From Nymphaea colorata (Eukaryota): 64,000 bases of DNA. Location of the stretch: NCBI RefSeq assembly GCF_008831285.2, contig NC_045138.2, positions 11,036,001 to 11,100,000 on the forward strand. The letters run 5' to 3'. The translations under genes and the position numbers were made by a program. The notes beneath the pieces are model-generated. The model did no database searches and had not been told where the DNA came from. It was given only the letters and a program-made list of their open reading frames with translations. This document shows positions 13,726 through 27,010 of this stretch, in pieces (the stretch's first letter is position 1; each line of letters begins with the position of its first letter).

Positions 13726-14935
13726 CCAACGTAGGACCTGGGCGGCAACCATTTTTGTCTCTTTGTAAAATATTTAATAATCATTTTCTAGCAGAAAAAA
13801 GAGAAAATGCTCGTTGCGGCAGATGTCAAAGGAATGAACACCAAAAACCAAAAAGAGAAAATGCTCGGTTCTCTTTGCCTTGGGGCGTGTAAGGTGAGAG
13901 GCCCTAAAAATGTAACGCCCATTTTGGCTCTAGCTTCCTTCATTATTTTTTATAAGCTTGATTTTTGAGCAAAACTAAATATAAATTTAGTTATATATAA
14001 AAAAAAAGCTGTGTATTCTAGACCAAAGTTATACGAGGAACCAAATTTAGACTCTTAAATTAAATAGATTATCAAAATACTTCATATACAGTCCAACCTT
14101 ATAAAAGCAAGCTTTGTTGCCTGACTGTATATTCATTTTGGTTGGTTAATTTAAAGGAAGAAGATCTGAATCTTCAATCCAACTATTTTGGAGCAAACAA
14201 GAAATCTAGAAAGTATATACTGCACGAGTTAAATTTGGATGAGTTATTGAAGCTTTTAGTCATAACGTTCAATTGGTTTGTTGTACAATGCCTACTTTTC
14301 GTCTTGAGGAACGAGACGTCTAAGCAATTAAATCTGTTCGTGTGACAAGAGTGATTTGATAAGAAGCATACATTAAGTCAACTTTTTTTTTTTTTTTTTC
14401 CAATAGCATAATAAGAACAATGAGAAACAATCTACACATCATCTTCTCCCGATAATTGTTTCACAAATTTATATTTTTCGACAAGTCAAACCATATTTGT
14501 GCGGTTCGATTTTTTTGAAAAGTGGATATATATATATATATATATATATATCAAACTCAACATCGTGTACAAAAATCAATACGTGGACGAATAATAAAAA
14601 AATTGGATGATTACAATGAAAATAAACAAACAAACAGAATAGAAAAAGACACGTCCAAACAATGACAGTCGTAGTTTTGGAAGCGTCAACAAGCTGGAAG
14701 CTTCCTGCTGCTTCTCAAAGGGCAATGATCAGCTTCGGCTTTTGGATAAAGTCGAAGGCTTGCTTGATCATTCAAGCTTCAACGCACCGATCCACGCCGC
14801 ACCCATCTTTGTCCTCAGAGCAACTCCACTCTCCCACTTTCCAAGGGACTATGGACCGAATCCCCTTCCTTCTTCTCTTGCTCCTGCCCCCAAAAATACA
14901 GGGCTGCATCCATGTTTGCTATGGAGATCCGAATG

Positions 14936-15148
14936 CAGGGGCAGAGTTAATTTTTTTTTTTTATGAAAATAACCTAATTAAAGTTTTTATATTTTGATAT
15001 GAGTGGAAATATCATTTTTCAAAATTATTTATATAAAACCAGTGAAATTTTGCATGTAAATTTTTACAAAAAAAAAAAAAAAAATTATGTAAAAAAAAGT
15101 TTTGAGGTAGGAAGAAGACCCCTCCGGCTTTCCTTGGCTCCACCCCAG
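14936..15148. mobile_element. hAT-type MITE (same TIR class)
   Basis: Termini are CAGGGGCAGAG and GCTCCACCCCAG, with an AT-rich interior. The flanks TCCGAATG / CCTTAATG match at 5/8. Confidence 0.6.
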
Positions 15149-18100
15149 CCTTAATGCATGTTGACAGTCACACCTGCCCCATGTCAAAATCGAAACTCAC
15201 GCCACTTGAAGCAGCTCCTCGCCGCTTTCCAGCCACCGTCCGTAGTCCCGTGGTTGTTCATTTTACTACCGTTTTTGGCATACTTTTTTGAGCTGAGAAC
15301 CACAACTTATAGCCCTGCTCGGCCGACTTGGAACTGTCCCTTGTTCCAAGAAGCGGCCAACGTCGCCGTTTTTCTCTTGCTCTCCAACCAACCTATAGGG
15401 GATGTTCCAGAGCATCTCTGTTGTTACTTGGACACATTACTACCAGCCAAAACTTCACTTTCGATACTTCTGGGTTAATCTTGGATTAATAATGGCTGCT
15501 TTCATTGGAGGGAGCTCATGGAACAAGTGCGTACGTGTACAATCCTGATATTCCAACCTTGGATTTGAGTGAGGGAAGGAGAGTTTTGACTCTTGCCTTG
15601 GATGAAATACTCCAGCAAAATTATTCTACAGATATATATTCTACTCAAACATACAAATTTATACTTTCATACCATATTATAATAATTACTCTATTAATTC
15701 TAAGCATAAAAAAAAAAAAAAAGTTTTATTCAGTCTCCCAACTTAAGCAAATTTGAAGGGGGGTATCTATGAAGACAGTACCACATAATCTGAAATGGGT
15801 CGTCCTGCATCGTGGGGTTCCGTTCCAATGGTGAGCTACAAGAGTAGATATTCAGTACTCGATACGCATCGATGGGGGGGAAGCTGTGTCTTCAATTCAT
15901 TGGCGCTGGGCCCAGAACAGAGGCAGCTTATTGGAGCTTGGATGGTTCTAGAGGTCGAACACATGCAGTGTTGCGCACAGAACGACCGCGGTGGGAGCCC
16001 ATGTCTCTCTCTCTCTGACCTAATATGCACCTCCATTGTGGACAGCCCCCATGTGCTTCCAACTCTTTAAACATAAACACATGCACGTGGTCACACATCC
16101 ACATCTCTTCACCCACAGCTCACACTTTCTCTGGTTGGTCTGCTCTTTCCAGTTTCTTTCTTTCTTTATTATTATTTGTGTTGCTTAATAATAAACTTTT
16201 CTTTTGGGGTGTCGATGCTCACTTATGTTGCAATATCTTTTAACTAGAGAGGCTAGAAGATAAGGTTAACTCGGCGGCGTTCATTTACCTTTTATAGGGC
16301 AAAATTTTATTATCTTTTGTTTCTTATTTATATATGGTTGAGAGGTCAATACTGGTTCATTAGGCGACTGTCTAGTTAATTAATTTTAAAGTAGAGCCGT
16401 GCTATGTTTGCTGGATGATTAGAGAGAGAGAGAGAGAGAGAGCAGACTTGAACACAGATAAATATAAATTTGGTGTGCGGGACGTTGGTCAAATGTAGGA
16501 CCATGTGGTCTATAAGCAATTTGTTTGACGCATTTTATTATTGCTGTAATAATAATCTCAGTCATATTTTGTTAAAATTAACTGTTTAATAGTAAAATAT
16601 TTAAAAATGTTTCCTTGTTCTAGATATCTATCGCTGTCCTCATTCTCAAAAGCCGATCCTCGCAAATGACACCAATATCACCAGCCATTCAATAACACCT
16701 CCCACAGAATTTTTTTTTTTTTTATGATTGTGGCTGAATTATAGTTTTAAATTTTAACATGAGCCAAAATATTTTTCAAAAAAGTTTTATATAGGATAAA
16801 TAAAATTTTTAAAAATTTACATGTAAATTATTTTTTTTTTATGGGGTGGTGGTGGGGAAGCTGGCTCCACCACTAGCATCATAAATACGTTGATGACAAA
16901 CGAGCCGCTGCTAAATGCAGGTAATTAGCCTTGAGTGTATATTGTATGAAACAGCAAAGCAGTAGCCTCCCTCTCGCTCTCTCTCTCTTTTTCCAAGATG
17001 AAAGGTTAAAAGAGAAAAAGATAAAGCTGTTAATTAATGGTAAATGACTAAAATACCAAATCTCGTTTTGCTCTTTATTGTTCTCTTAGTCATTCATCTT
17101 GGAAACATCTATAGCCAAGATGATGATTTTTTGAGTCTACCACCTAAAGGTCTCATATATATATATCAATCAGATAAATGGATTTGATGAATTTACAAAA
17201 TAAAATATTTACTCTCAGTTTATAAAATCATGAAAATCGAAATGGACTTGGATTGTGAAGGAAGAAAGTTACGAACACAGAAGGCGCAACTAACGCCGAA
17301 ATCATTGTGAAAAAACTCCAGATATAATTAAGGAAAGCTCTCTCTCACGCACACAAGAAAATTCAGCTCCAGGGTACAAAAATCTTATTATACATGTTCA
17401 GTACATACCTGATACCCCTTTTGATAAGGACGAAAATTAAGAATATATTAGTGTCCTATTTGACCAACCGTATCACTGGAGGCTAGAAATATGTAAGAAC
17501 GATTTTTCACTTTTCCTTTTCATCATAAAACTAATCCTCCGTGCTATTATTCTCCAAAACCTGCGTCCCTTTAATATGACACACCATGCCATATCAGCAT
17601 ATTATAAATTCTCATATTCTTTTATAAGAGATATAAAGATATATGAAATCGCAAAATATATAGTGGTGTTTAAAATTATTTCTTTTCTCAAATTATGTCA
17701 ACTATTTATTATCTTAACTAAGTTTCACATATATATATATATATATAAAGTGAGATGTTTGCCCTGACAAAGTCTTCCTTGAACAAGCAATTTGCTGCTG
17801 ATGATGGATAAGTGAAGATTAGGCACCCAAACCATTACTAGCTTCAAGCATTGATGATCATGACAAAAAGGTATCCAAGTGAAAATGCAAAGCACCAAAC
17901 TTTTTCTGAAACAGATGACTGGATAAAGGAAAGCCTAAAGCAAAAATATTTTCAAGGGCAGGCAATCGAAAGTACCATCAACAGAAGCATCCATTTTTAA
18001 CTATGCGTTTCCCTTGAAGTTTTGCATTCTCCGGACCATGCGTCAAAACAGTGGCCAAGCTAAAAAGATTGGCTGGAAGGACACTCGTTTAAAAATACTC

Positions 18101-19204
18101 ATACTGATGGGACACATATATATATATATATATAAAGATAAATGTTTAGAGATGCCCATTTAAAAATAAAGAAATTTTAAGAAACTGGTGTGGCTCAGCC
18201 ATTGCGTCAAAACCACCCGAAATTCAATTATGCAGCTCAAGCGTGTATTAGCACTGACATATTTAAAACAGATATTATGCCTGACAGCAAATAATATCAT
18301 CAAATAGAAGACCATAACCACATTTGCCATGTAAATTACTTACTATTAATAAACTTAACGATGCCACAAACGTCAAAACGTGTGGCTTCAGCATCGGGAA
18401 CAGATGCCATGTTTGGAAGTACCTATAGAGAAGTAAGCACAGATTTTTTCAGAAAACAGGAACCCTGTCACAAATGTAGAAACCACTACCAACATGTATG
18501 CAATGATCAGAGGTATGAATATTACCAATATATTATCTAAACTTTTGAATTTGTAATAATCTTTGTCTGCACTAATAGTGTACAGCCTACATGTGACCTG
18601 AAAGAAAAGACAAGCTAATGTACATAAGCGTAATCTTTTCACCACTGGGGAAAGAAACCAAATATAGCATAACATTTCAATCAGCAAACACTTGAATAAA
18701 AGAGATAGCCTGGCAAAACATTTACATATGCACGGCAGGACAGACTCCATGTCAACTAGTTTAAGAGTTTTTTTTTTTTTTTTTTCTTTCTTCACACTAT
18801 CTGTCCAATTGATCAAAAACAGCATTTCCTACTTCCATGCGCACTGTGGGATATTGCTTTAGTTTCTACACATGGCAGAAATCAGAAAATTTGTTTTGGC
18901 GGTAAAAAGCCACAGCAGGACAGACTAAAAAATCAAGAGTTGTGCATATGATTCAGTAATGTGAAAGCAAAGACCTAGTATAGGTGTGAAACTCAATTGG
19001 GGTCCTTCTACCAGTGGCACTCCAGAACTCAGCACTATAGATAATGTGCAAATAGCACCAGAAACACCCTGTTTTCTTGTAATGACACTATATTATGCAA
19101 TAGTTGATATATATATATACGTATATATATATATATATACTTGTATTGTGTTGACAATCAATTAGCTGTTGATGGTAAGAATGTGGAATTAGGACCACCA
19201 TGAG

Positions 19205-19756
19205 TAAGGGTGTTTAAAGAGTCGAGCCACTCGTACTTGCTCGCCTAAGCTTGACTCGAGCTAGACTCATTTAATAAAGGAGTGGAGTTTGAGCTAGGAA
19301 AATAAACTCACTCAAAAGGAGTCGAGTTCAAACTAAGTAGATTCTACTCGATTAAGTTCGTAGTAAGAGAATACATATAACAAGTTTCTTGTCATTAACA
19401 TTAAAAAGAAACTGGTTCAATGCGCGGCCCTGTGACCAGCAACGTGCATGTCCGAAGTTTGAATCCCTTGTCTGCTTTTAATGATAAAATAAGTTTTTAA
19501 TAGATGGCTCGGCTAAGCCCACGCTGATTTCTCAGCTCCAGCTTAACTAAGCTCGAGCTGAGCCAAGCTCAAGCTAGTGAACTCGAGGTCGAGCTGGCCT
19601 CGGCCAGCTTAACTCAACCTCGGCTCGTGAAAACCCCTACTCATGAACACAAAAAGGTTAAGCTCAAGCTGAGCCAAGCTCACTTTAGTTAGCTCGAGCT
19701 CAACCAGAGCTCGAGGTGGCCCAGCCTGGCTGGACCACAGCTCATGAACACTCCTA
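19205..19756. mobile_element. hAT-type MITE rich in (C)GAGCT/CTCGAG subterminal motifs, with a duplicated right end
   Basis: The left end is TAAGGGTGTTT. Right ends are AAAACCCCTA (19639) and AACACTCCTA (19756). The flanks ACCATGAG / CCTATGAG match at 6/8. A related right-end fragment lies at ~37750-37880. Confidence 0.65.
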
Positions 19757-20715
19757 CCTATGAGCAAAAAAAGGTTAAAAGATGAGATACTTCTATAAAG
19801 GGGAATTTAATGTTGTCATGTGTCAGAAGTTGCCATATGGTTAAATTTTAAAAATTTGTGATTAAAACACACTCATTAAAATTGATAATTAGCAATGGTT
19901 TATGGTGGCTTCAATGACGATTTATGGTGTTTGAGCAACGAGTTTTTAAATTTTATCCGTCTCACAACTATTCAATACACGACAGCATTGATTCCTTTCC
20001 ATAAAATGATCAAAATACTATAAATGAAATGAAAGTTTTTTTTTTTTTGGTCTTGGAGTAGATTTTCTTTCAATATTCCATAATTCAGAGTTGACACAAT
20101 TAATATATACTACTTGTACATATATATATATAAATATAAAATATGTGTGTGTGTGTGTGTGTGTTCATATATTTATATAAAACCCTCCAGATATGCCTTT
20201 ATACGCATGCTTCTTAGCGTTCATATGCACATCGATTGACATAAGATATGAGAGCAGAAAAATGTATAGAATAAATTTTATGAGCCGGGAAATTTGAAAC
20301 CGCTAACTATTAAGACCTTATAAGGTCTAATTTACAAATCTGGCTTGTATTTTTTTTTTTTTTTGAGTTTTATTAGGGTTGGATTTTTAAATCCATTTAT
20401 AAAGTTGAATATATGTGAAATGTGAACGCACTGAGGCGAGGATGAAAGAAAAATTGGGTGTCATGAAATTAGGCTTACTAATATTTATGTCGTCCATCGG
20501 ATTCTGTTGGATTTCGGCTGCTATTTGTTATTTGGCATCACAAATGAGTTTGGGTGGACCATACTTAAATAGTTTTGAAAAAAAAAGTCAAATACCAATG
20601 CACAAATTGAACCTTATGATCATGCAATCTCTCTACCAACTTTGGAAATCATCAAGTTCAGTTCTTATTAAAATTTCATTTGGAATTAAATTCCAATGTT
20701 TTTTTGTCAAACATA

Positions 20716-21045
20716 TAGGATTGTGGCTATACAAATCTTTCATAAAGTCAGATCGGATTTTGATATACGTCAATATCTGATCTGATTTGCATTTAGATTA
20801 GATTTAGGTTTAAATAAATATCCTATATTCAATGCTCTTACATTTTCAAAATGGGTCAGATTCAGTTCAAATTCTGTTTCAGATTCAGACATGAATGTGA
20901 AAATCGTGAAATTGCATTTTGAATTCAGATTCAGATATAACTTTTCTTGGTTCATATTCAAATCCGAATATGAGAATATATGAAAAAAAAGACATAATGA
21001 AGGGTATATCTGATCCGAATCCGATCCTTAACACCACAATCATTA
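20716..21045. mobile_element. MITE-like element with ATCCGA/TCGGAT subterminal motifs
   Basis: GATTGTGG...CCACAATC imperfect terminal inverted repeats and repeated (A/G)ATTCAGA/ATCCGA motifs. A similar motif-rich tract lies at ~11370-11755. Confidence 0.4.
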
Positions 21046-21469
21046 CAAATCTAGCGAACAGGAGTGTGGCTGAACTCGATTTAGGGTTGCATTCAGATTG
21101 ACTTGGATAATAAAAGGCAAAAGCATTTTCTTCCGTGCATCGATACTTGGATCTTTGATATTGATCATCCATCTGTACACCTACTGGGAGTGTATGATCA
21201 TTTAAGGTCGAGCCACAAGGTCTATCTCAAATCTCTTCTATTGTACTCAATGAAATCCTCAGGGCCAACATGAGAGGATGGTAGAACCACGAATCTTTAC
21301 CCTCTAAAGGGAGGGACGTTCATGGTTGAGCAGATAACTGCCCAGGCGAAGACTGAATCCTGTCCTTTTCCCCATACCTCTCGGCCGAGGGCTACATCAA
21401 AGAATTGAGCTTTGAAAGAGAAGAACAAAGTCGGCGAAAAAGTGCACTTAATGCATTGGAGCAATTTTA

Positions 21470-24360
21470 CTCGAACCACATTAGCCGTTGAGCCAGTAAT
21501 AGACCCATGAGTCTGTTGGCATGCCACTGTGTCTAAATTACAAAGTGCACTTAATGCATGTTGTTTTGTTTGTTCATCATAATACCCAGCCCATATTGAG
21601 CTTGAGATAGCAAACAACATGGAATGCAGCCTTAAGATGAGGCAAACGTGGTTGTTGCATACAGTGACTTGAAATATGCACGACAAACTGTCTATCTGGA
21701 CATGTAATACTAAGATAAATTAATCCCCCAACCAGCCGGTGGTAATGTATTGGATTCTTAATGAGTTCTCCTTGATCTACATCTAACCCATGCCTTTGCT
21801 CCATTGGAAACTCCACCAGTTTGGCTCCAAGAAGGCCAGCCTCTTGAATGATGTCCAATGCATATTTCTATTGTGACAAGTAAATGCACTTACTTGAATG
21901 TGCAATTCGATTCCCAAGAAATACTTGGATTTATCCAAATCCTTCATGTGAATTTTTTGAGAAAAAAAAGTCTTGAATTGGGTGATAGTGTCCTCTACAT
22001 TTCTTGCAACAATTAACTTGTCAACATATCCCAAAACAACAAAAAATATTGTTTCATGTTTAAATGTGAATAGTTGGTGATCAGCTTTACATTGGGTGAA
22101 TTTAAACTCTTCAAGAGCCATCTATAGTTTCTGAAACCAATTTCAATGAGACTGCTTCAGCCCATAGAGTCATTTATGTAACTTACATCCTTGAGGTACT
22201 TGCATATATACCTGGTCATGTAGATCGCCATATAAAAGACATTGTTTATGCCCATCTGGCATAATATCCAATCTCAATTAGCAGAAATGCAAAGAGAGTA
22301 TGCATAGTTACCATTTCCACAACAGGAGAAAAACTCTCATTATAGCCCAAAACCTTTGATGTGACTAACCCTTAGTGACCAACCTGGCTTTATAACACTC
22401 AATGGATCCATCATACTTGCATTTTATTTTGTATAACACTTGCATCCAATCAGTTTGATGCCTTTTGATAGAGCTGTTATTGCCCAGTTCTTGTTTTCCT
22501 ACAATGCATAGTTTTTGAGTCCATGACATCCCTTGTACCTTATCTTCATTATGATGTAAGTAGAGAGAAATAAAAATCCTTTAGTTAGGGAATAGGTTTT
22601 CGAATGTGTTTTGACCTCCTCATGGATCCAGTAGATATTGAATTTGGATCTTGTATATCAGTTTGGGTTATACATTGTGGTGGGTTTCTATGGTCTGTTG
22701 AAGAGGAGAAAAAATTTCAGGCATGGATAGTCCATTACCTATATTGGCAGTTTGTAAGTAAATTGGATGTGGATCCAAAGGTGAATTTTGGTTGGTTCCA
22801 GGTCTGGTTTGTTGACATGTAAAGATATTTTCTTTATCCAGGTCAGACAGTGTGGGAAAGACAACTTCTTTATACATTTGAAAAGAGAAAATATGTTTCT
22901 AAAACACAATGCCTCTACTAGTAAAGATTTTGTGATTTTCAAGATCATAGACTTTATAGGCCTTTTGTCCTTTAGGATAATTGTTGAAAATACATTTGTA
23001 TGCCCTAGACTCAATTTGTCCTTGTTTGACTTAATATTTGTACACATAGGGAGCTGAAAACATGAAGGTATTTTACAAAAGTGTTTTTTTCCTTTACAGA
23101 AAATAACCTTTCAAATATAGTTTCACATCTGCATTTGGGCATGAGATACACAATTCAATAAATAAGTTAAGGTCAATACAAACTCTCCCTAAAAACAAAT
23201 GAGAAGGGATTCATAGTGGAACACTCTAGCAACCTCAAGTAAATATGTGCTTGTGTTTCTTATATGTTGGTGGGTGGTGCCTTCTTTACGAAGACAAGCT
23301 TTCACTTTTTGTGAAAAAAAAATTCAATACTATTATTTGAAGACAAAGATTTAATTTGACAATTGAATTGACTTTTAATCAAAGCTAATCAATTTTTAAT
23401 AAGACGTAATGTTTCATATTTGTGTCTCATGAGAAAAATCTAAACTTGCACGAGAGAAATCATCTATTATACTTAAAAAATAATGCACCTTAGATATAGT
23501 GGCTTGAGCATAAGGGCCCATATATTGCATGTATTAACTCAAACAGACAAGAAGTAAAAATCTCACTTAAATCAAATTTAAACCGAGTCCATTTAGCATG
23601 ATGACATGCATCACATAAATAACCCTTATTCAATTCGAGATCCAAGTCTAAATGATCACTAACCAACTTTAATTGAGGAAAAGAAAGATGACCAAATTTT
23701 TTATTCCATAGTTCACGACTAGAAATGGCTAAACAAGTTGGTTCACATGAAGATGCTTGCTAGTACATAACTCTTTACATCACCCTGAGCAATCATCATC
23801 TTTGTTACTAGGTCATGTACTGCATAATGGTTAGAAAAAAAAGTTAATAGAGAAATTCAAAGCTTTGGCTAGTTCAGTAACCAAGAGTAAATTAACCTTA
23901 AATAAGGGCATGCTTAACACATTATCATCATCAAATGAAGGTAAATAAATTTTACTGGTGTGAGAAACTGAAATAATCTCACCATCAGGTAATGTCATAG
24001 GCAGTTCACATTGTTTCACATTTTGGAGAGCAGTTTGGCCGGCACATATTTGTTGACTTGCTCTAGAAACAATGATCCAAGGAAGGGACTCTATATTTGT
24101 AGTTAACGCATTACCTGCAAAATCGATATTGGCTAGTTGATCCTTAACAAGTTAGAAGTTTGTAATATTCCTCCACCGTGAAGGCTGAGGCAACACTTTA
24201 GTACTTTGTCCATCATTGCTCAAACTTGTAATGCCCTCAAGAAAAGTTATTTGAAGACCTAACGCAGCTTGTTTGAGGTCACATTCATAGTCATTGTGGG
24301 TTTGAAATTCAGGTCATACGGCTGATGCCTTGGAGGGTAGCTGATAAGTTTAAAACATTT
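21470..24360 (-). mobile_element. Decayed Ty1/copia internal region (gag knuckle, protease, integrase, RT, start of RNase H)
   Basis: Minus-strand motifs appear in copia order: CFKLISYPP (~24340), protease-like PWIIVSRAS (~24070), integrase remnants (22900-23600), RT VLGYVDKLIV and MKDLDKSKYFLGIE (ORF 21783-22121), YHRLVGGLIYLSITCPD (21577-21858), and RNase H start ALCNLD..CQQTHGSITG. Many stops and frameshifts are present. Confidence 0.88.
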
Positions 24361-25749
24361 GAATGATTATTATATACAAACATGTGTAAGGTTTGAGAAA
24401 CACATACCAAATTTTCTTTTCCACGGGGCAATGTTTTAAGGAACACACATGAGATAGAACAAGGGTGAAAGTCATGACACAAAGTTGGAAAGGGAGAGTT
24501 AGGGTTTCAGAGAGCTTTTAGACAGGGAGAGGCAGCTAGGTGCTAGACAATGGTTGTAGGTCTCTTTCTACTACTGTGCCACCCAACTATGCTCCAAGGT
24601 CTCTCTCTCTCTTTCTCTCCCTCAATTTGTCATCGCCTCATCAAACTGAGAAAACTATTCTACAACAATGAGGCAATTCCAAAAGCCTATTAGGCTTCTT
24701 CCTCTACCTCATAAGCTTGAAGTTGCTCCCGCATACCTGGTAATGTATAACAAAGTCTCTCCAAGGTTTAGCCTCTTCACAGGAATCTCATGCAAGTGCC
24801 AAGAGGTCAGGCAAATGAGTTGTCTTCTTGCTTTAAGGTGCACATTACCCTGCTTTGAAAGTCCTCCATCAGCCATTACTATAGGAACTGGTTGATCAAG
24901 TAAACTTTTTTTCTATTTATTCTCATATGAAGTAAATGATATCTAAGAATGATGCATCTAACTTTTTATTTCCTCCCCTCCTTTTGATTTTCATAGTCTT
25001 ATTTTTTCATAATCTTCTAATTTTTGTTCCTTAACTCTCTTTGTTAACAACATTGCTCTCACTCCTCTAACTAGGAATCCTGATGAATGGCCATCTCACT
25101 GCATTTCCTTCTTATCGCAATTCTAAAATCTTTTTAGAGGGTTATGGAAACCATGTTGTAAATGGTTTGGATTGTTGTACATCGTAACTTTGAGTTAAAG
25201 GGAGAAGCACTAGTCAAATCGGAACCAAAATATGATGGGAGTATGTTCTTTCGACAAATGCAATAATTAGGACAATATTAGTTTCACAAGGAGAGAAAGG
25301 GTGGTTGAATCAATGAGGTGGCTATCGTGGGTCATCTTTGTATAAACATTCTGCAGAACTATGAAAAGGATTCCACTTGATGATTAAGATGGGAGACAAG
25401 CCATGCACGAAGTTGAGAGCTAACAAAAATGGCATCAGTAGTGGAGCTAGGCACAAGCATACATTAAGTCTTGACTATAAGAGAAATGCAACCAAAGGAT
25501 AAGCTAAGGATATATCCAAGATGAAACAAGAAGATTAAGAAAAAATCATTATCACAATTTCATTGTTCCTTGTCTTTTCTACAAATTTTTGTAGGGCGGT
25601 GTGGGTCCTTATTTTTATCGAATTTATCAATAAAGTTTGGAGGATTTTGTCCATATTCATGTCTTTCTCTCTTCTCCTTTCTCACTATTTGTCTCACTAT
25701 GCACACCAAATGTACATCCAGCTTATTTGCTTCTCACCACTCTTTACAG

Positions 25750-27010
25750 GTTCAGGATAACATTCAAACCCATCTTCAAGTTGATCATTAACTCAAAGCT
25801 CAGACAACAAAAGAATTCACATGTCTATGAAATCAGGAAATAAGTAGAACCAAGTCAACATGTAGAACCATTCCAACAAGTAGAACAAGCAAGGCTTAAG
25901 CTAGACCCTGTAGAGTTGGCTCAATTATAGAAGAAGGCCAACCACCAGTCCTATTCAACTATCCCACCAAGGAAGTTAACATTGGGATCACAGAAAATCC
26001 CAAAATGGTATAGGTTGGTGTCAACTTGAATCAAGAAGAAAAAGAGAAGTTTATTCAATTTCTTAAAAGCTATAAAGAAGGTTTAGATGGGATATATGTT
26101 GGGTTGGACTCAAAGCTAGTGGAGCACATAATCTTGAAACCTGGTAGTCACCCAATCAAACAGAAGTTGAGGAACTTGGTTCATGAGTCAAAGACAAGGC
26201 TAAAGAAGGACAGGATGATCCACCAAGAGCCAAATTTATTAGGACTGTTGATGATCCTGAGTAGTTGGTCGACATAATGGTTGTACCAATGAAAGATGAG
26301 AAGATCTGAATCTTCATTGACTTCAAGGACCTCAACAAGGCCACACCAAAAGATGATTATCATTTGCCTAATATTCATATGTTGGTAGACAATATTGCCA
26401 TTCATGCAATCTCTTTTATGGATTGATATTCGGGCTATAATAAGATCAAATTGACTACAAAATGCCAACCCCTGATGTCTTTTATCACTCATTGGGGAAA
26501 CTTTTGCCATATAGTGATGCCATTTGGGCTAAAAAATATAGAAGCAACATGTCAAAGAGCAATGACTACTGTATTTCATGATAATATGAACAAGATTATG
26601 AATGCATATGTAGATGTCATTTTAGGAAGGTCCAAGACATGCCAAAATTATATTGGAGTCTTAATGCAAGTCTTCGATGGGATACTCCAACATATGCTTA
26701 GATTAAATCCTCATAAATGTGTATTTAGTGTTAAATCAAGCAAACTTTGGTGAGCATCCATGGAGTTGATAAAGCCAAATCCATCATTGGCATGCCAACC
26801 CCAATTGCTCTCAGACAACTATGTAGTTTACAGGGCAAGGTACAACAATTTCATGTTTTATTTCCAACCTAGAAATTAGATGTGAGCCATTCAATTTGCT
26901 GCTCAGAAAGGTTGTTACATTTAAGTAGGGCCCCGATTGTTAGGAATCATTATAACACATCAAACAATATCTATTGAAGTTGTCAATCTTAAAGCTGCTA
27001 ACATCAAAAA
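25750..27010 (+). mobile_element. Ogre/Tat-type Ty3 pol fragment 1 (RT and linker), truncated
   Basis: Contains LDSKLVEH...PIKQKLR, IDFKDLNKATPKDDYHLP, VMPFGLKNIEATCQRAMTTVFHD, YVDVIL (degenerate YVDD) and LRLNPHKCVF, with frameshifts. Confidence 0.88.

Noticed and set aside
15499..15519. miR159/319-like sequence CTTTCATTGGAGGGAGCTCAT
   Set aside because: Only ~15/21 identity to miR159 and no complementary star arm was found nearby.
17088..17127. miR169-like TAGCCAAGATGATG in a small hairpin
   Set aside because: The match is partial and lies on the 3' arm of a stem of only ~12 bp, which is not a miR169 precursor geometry.
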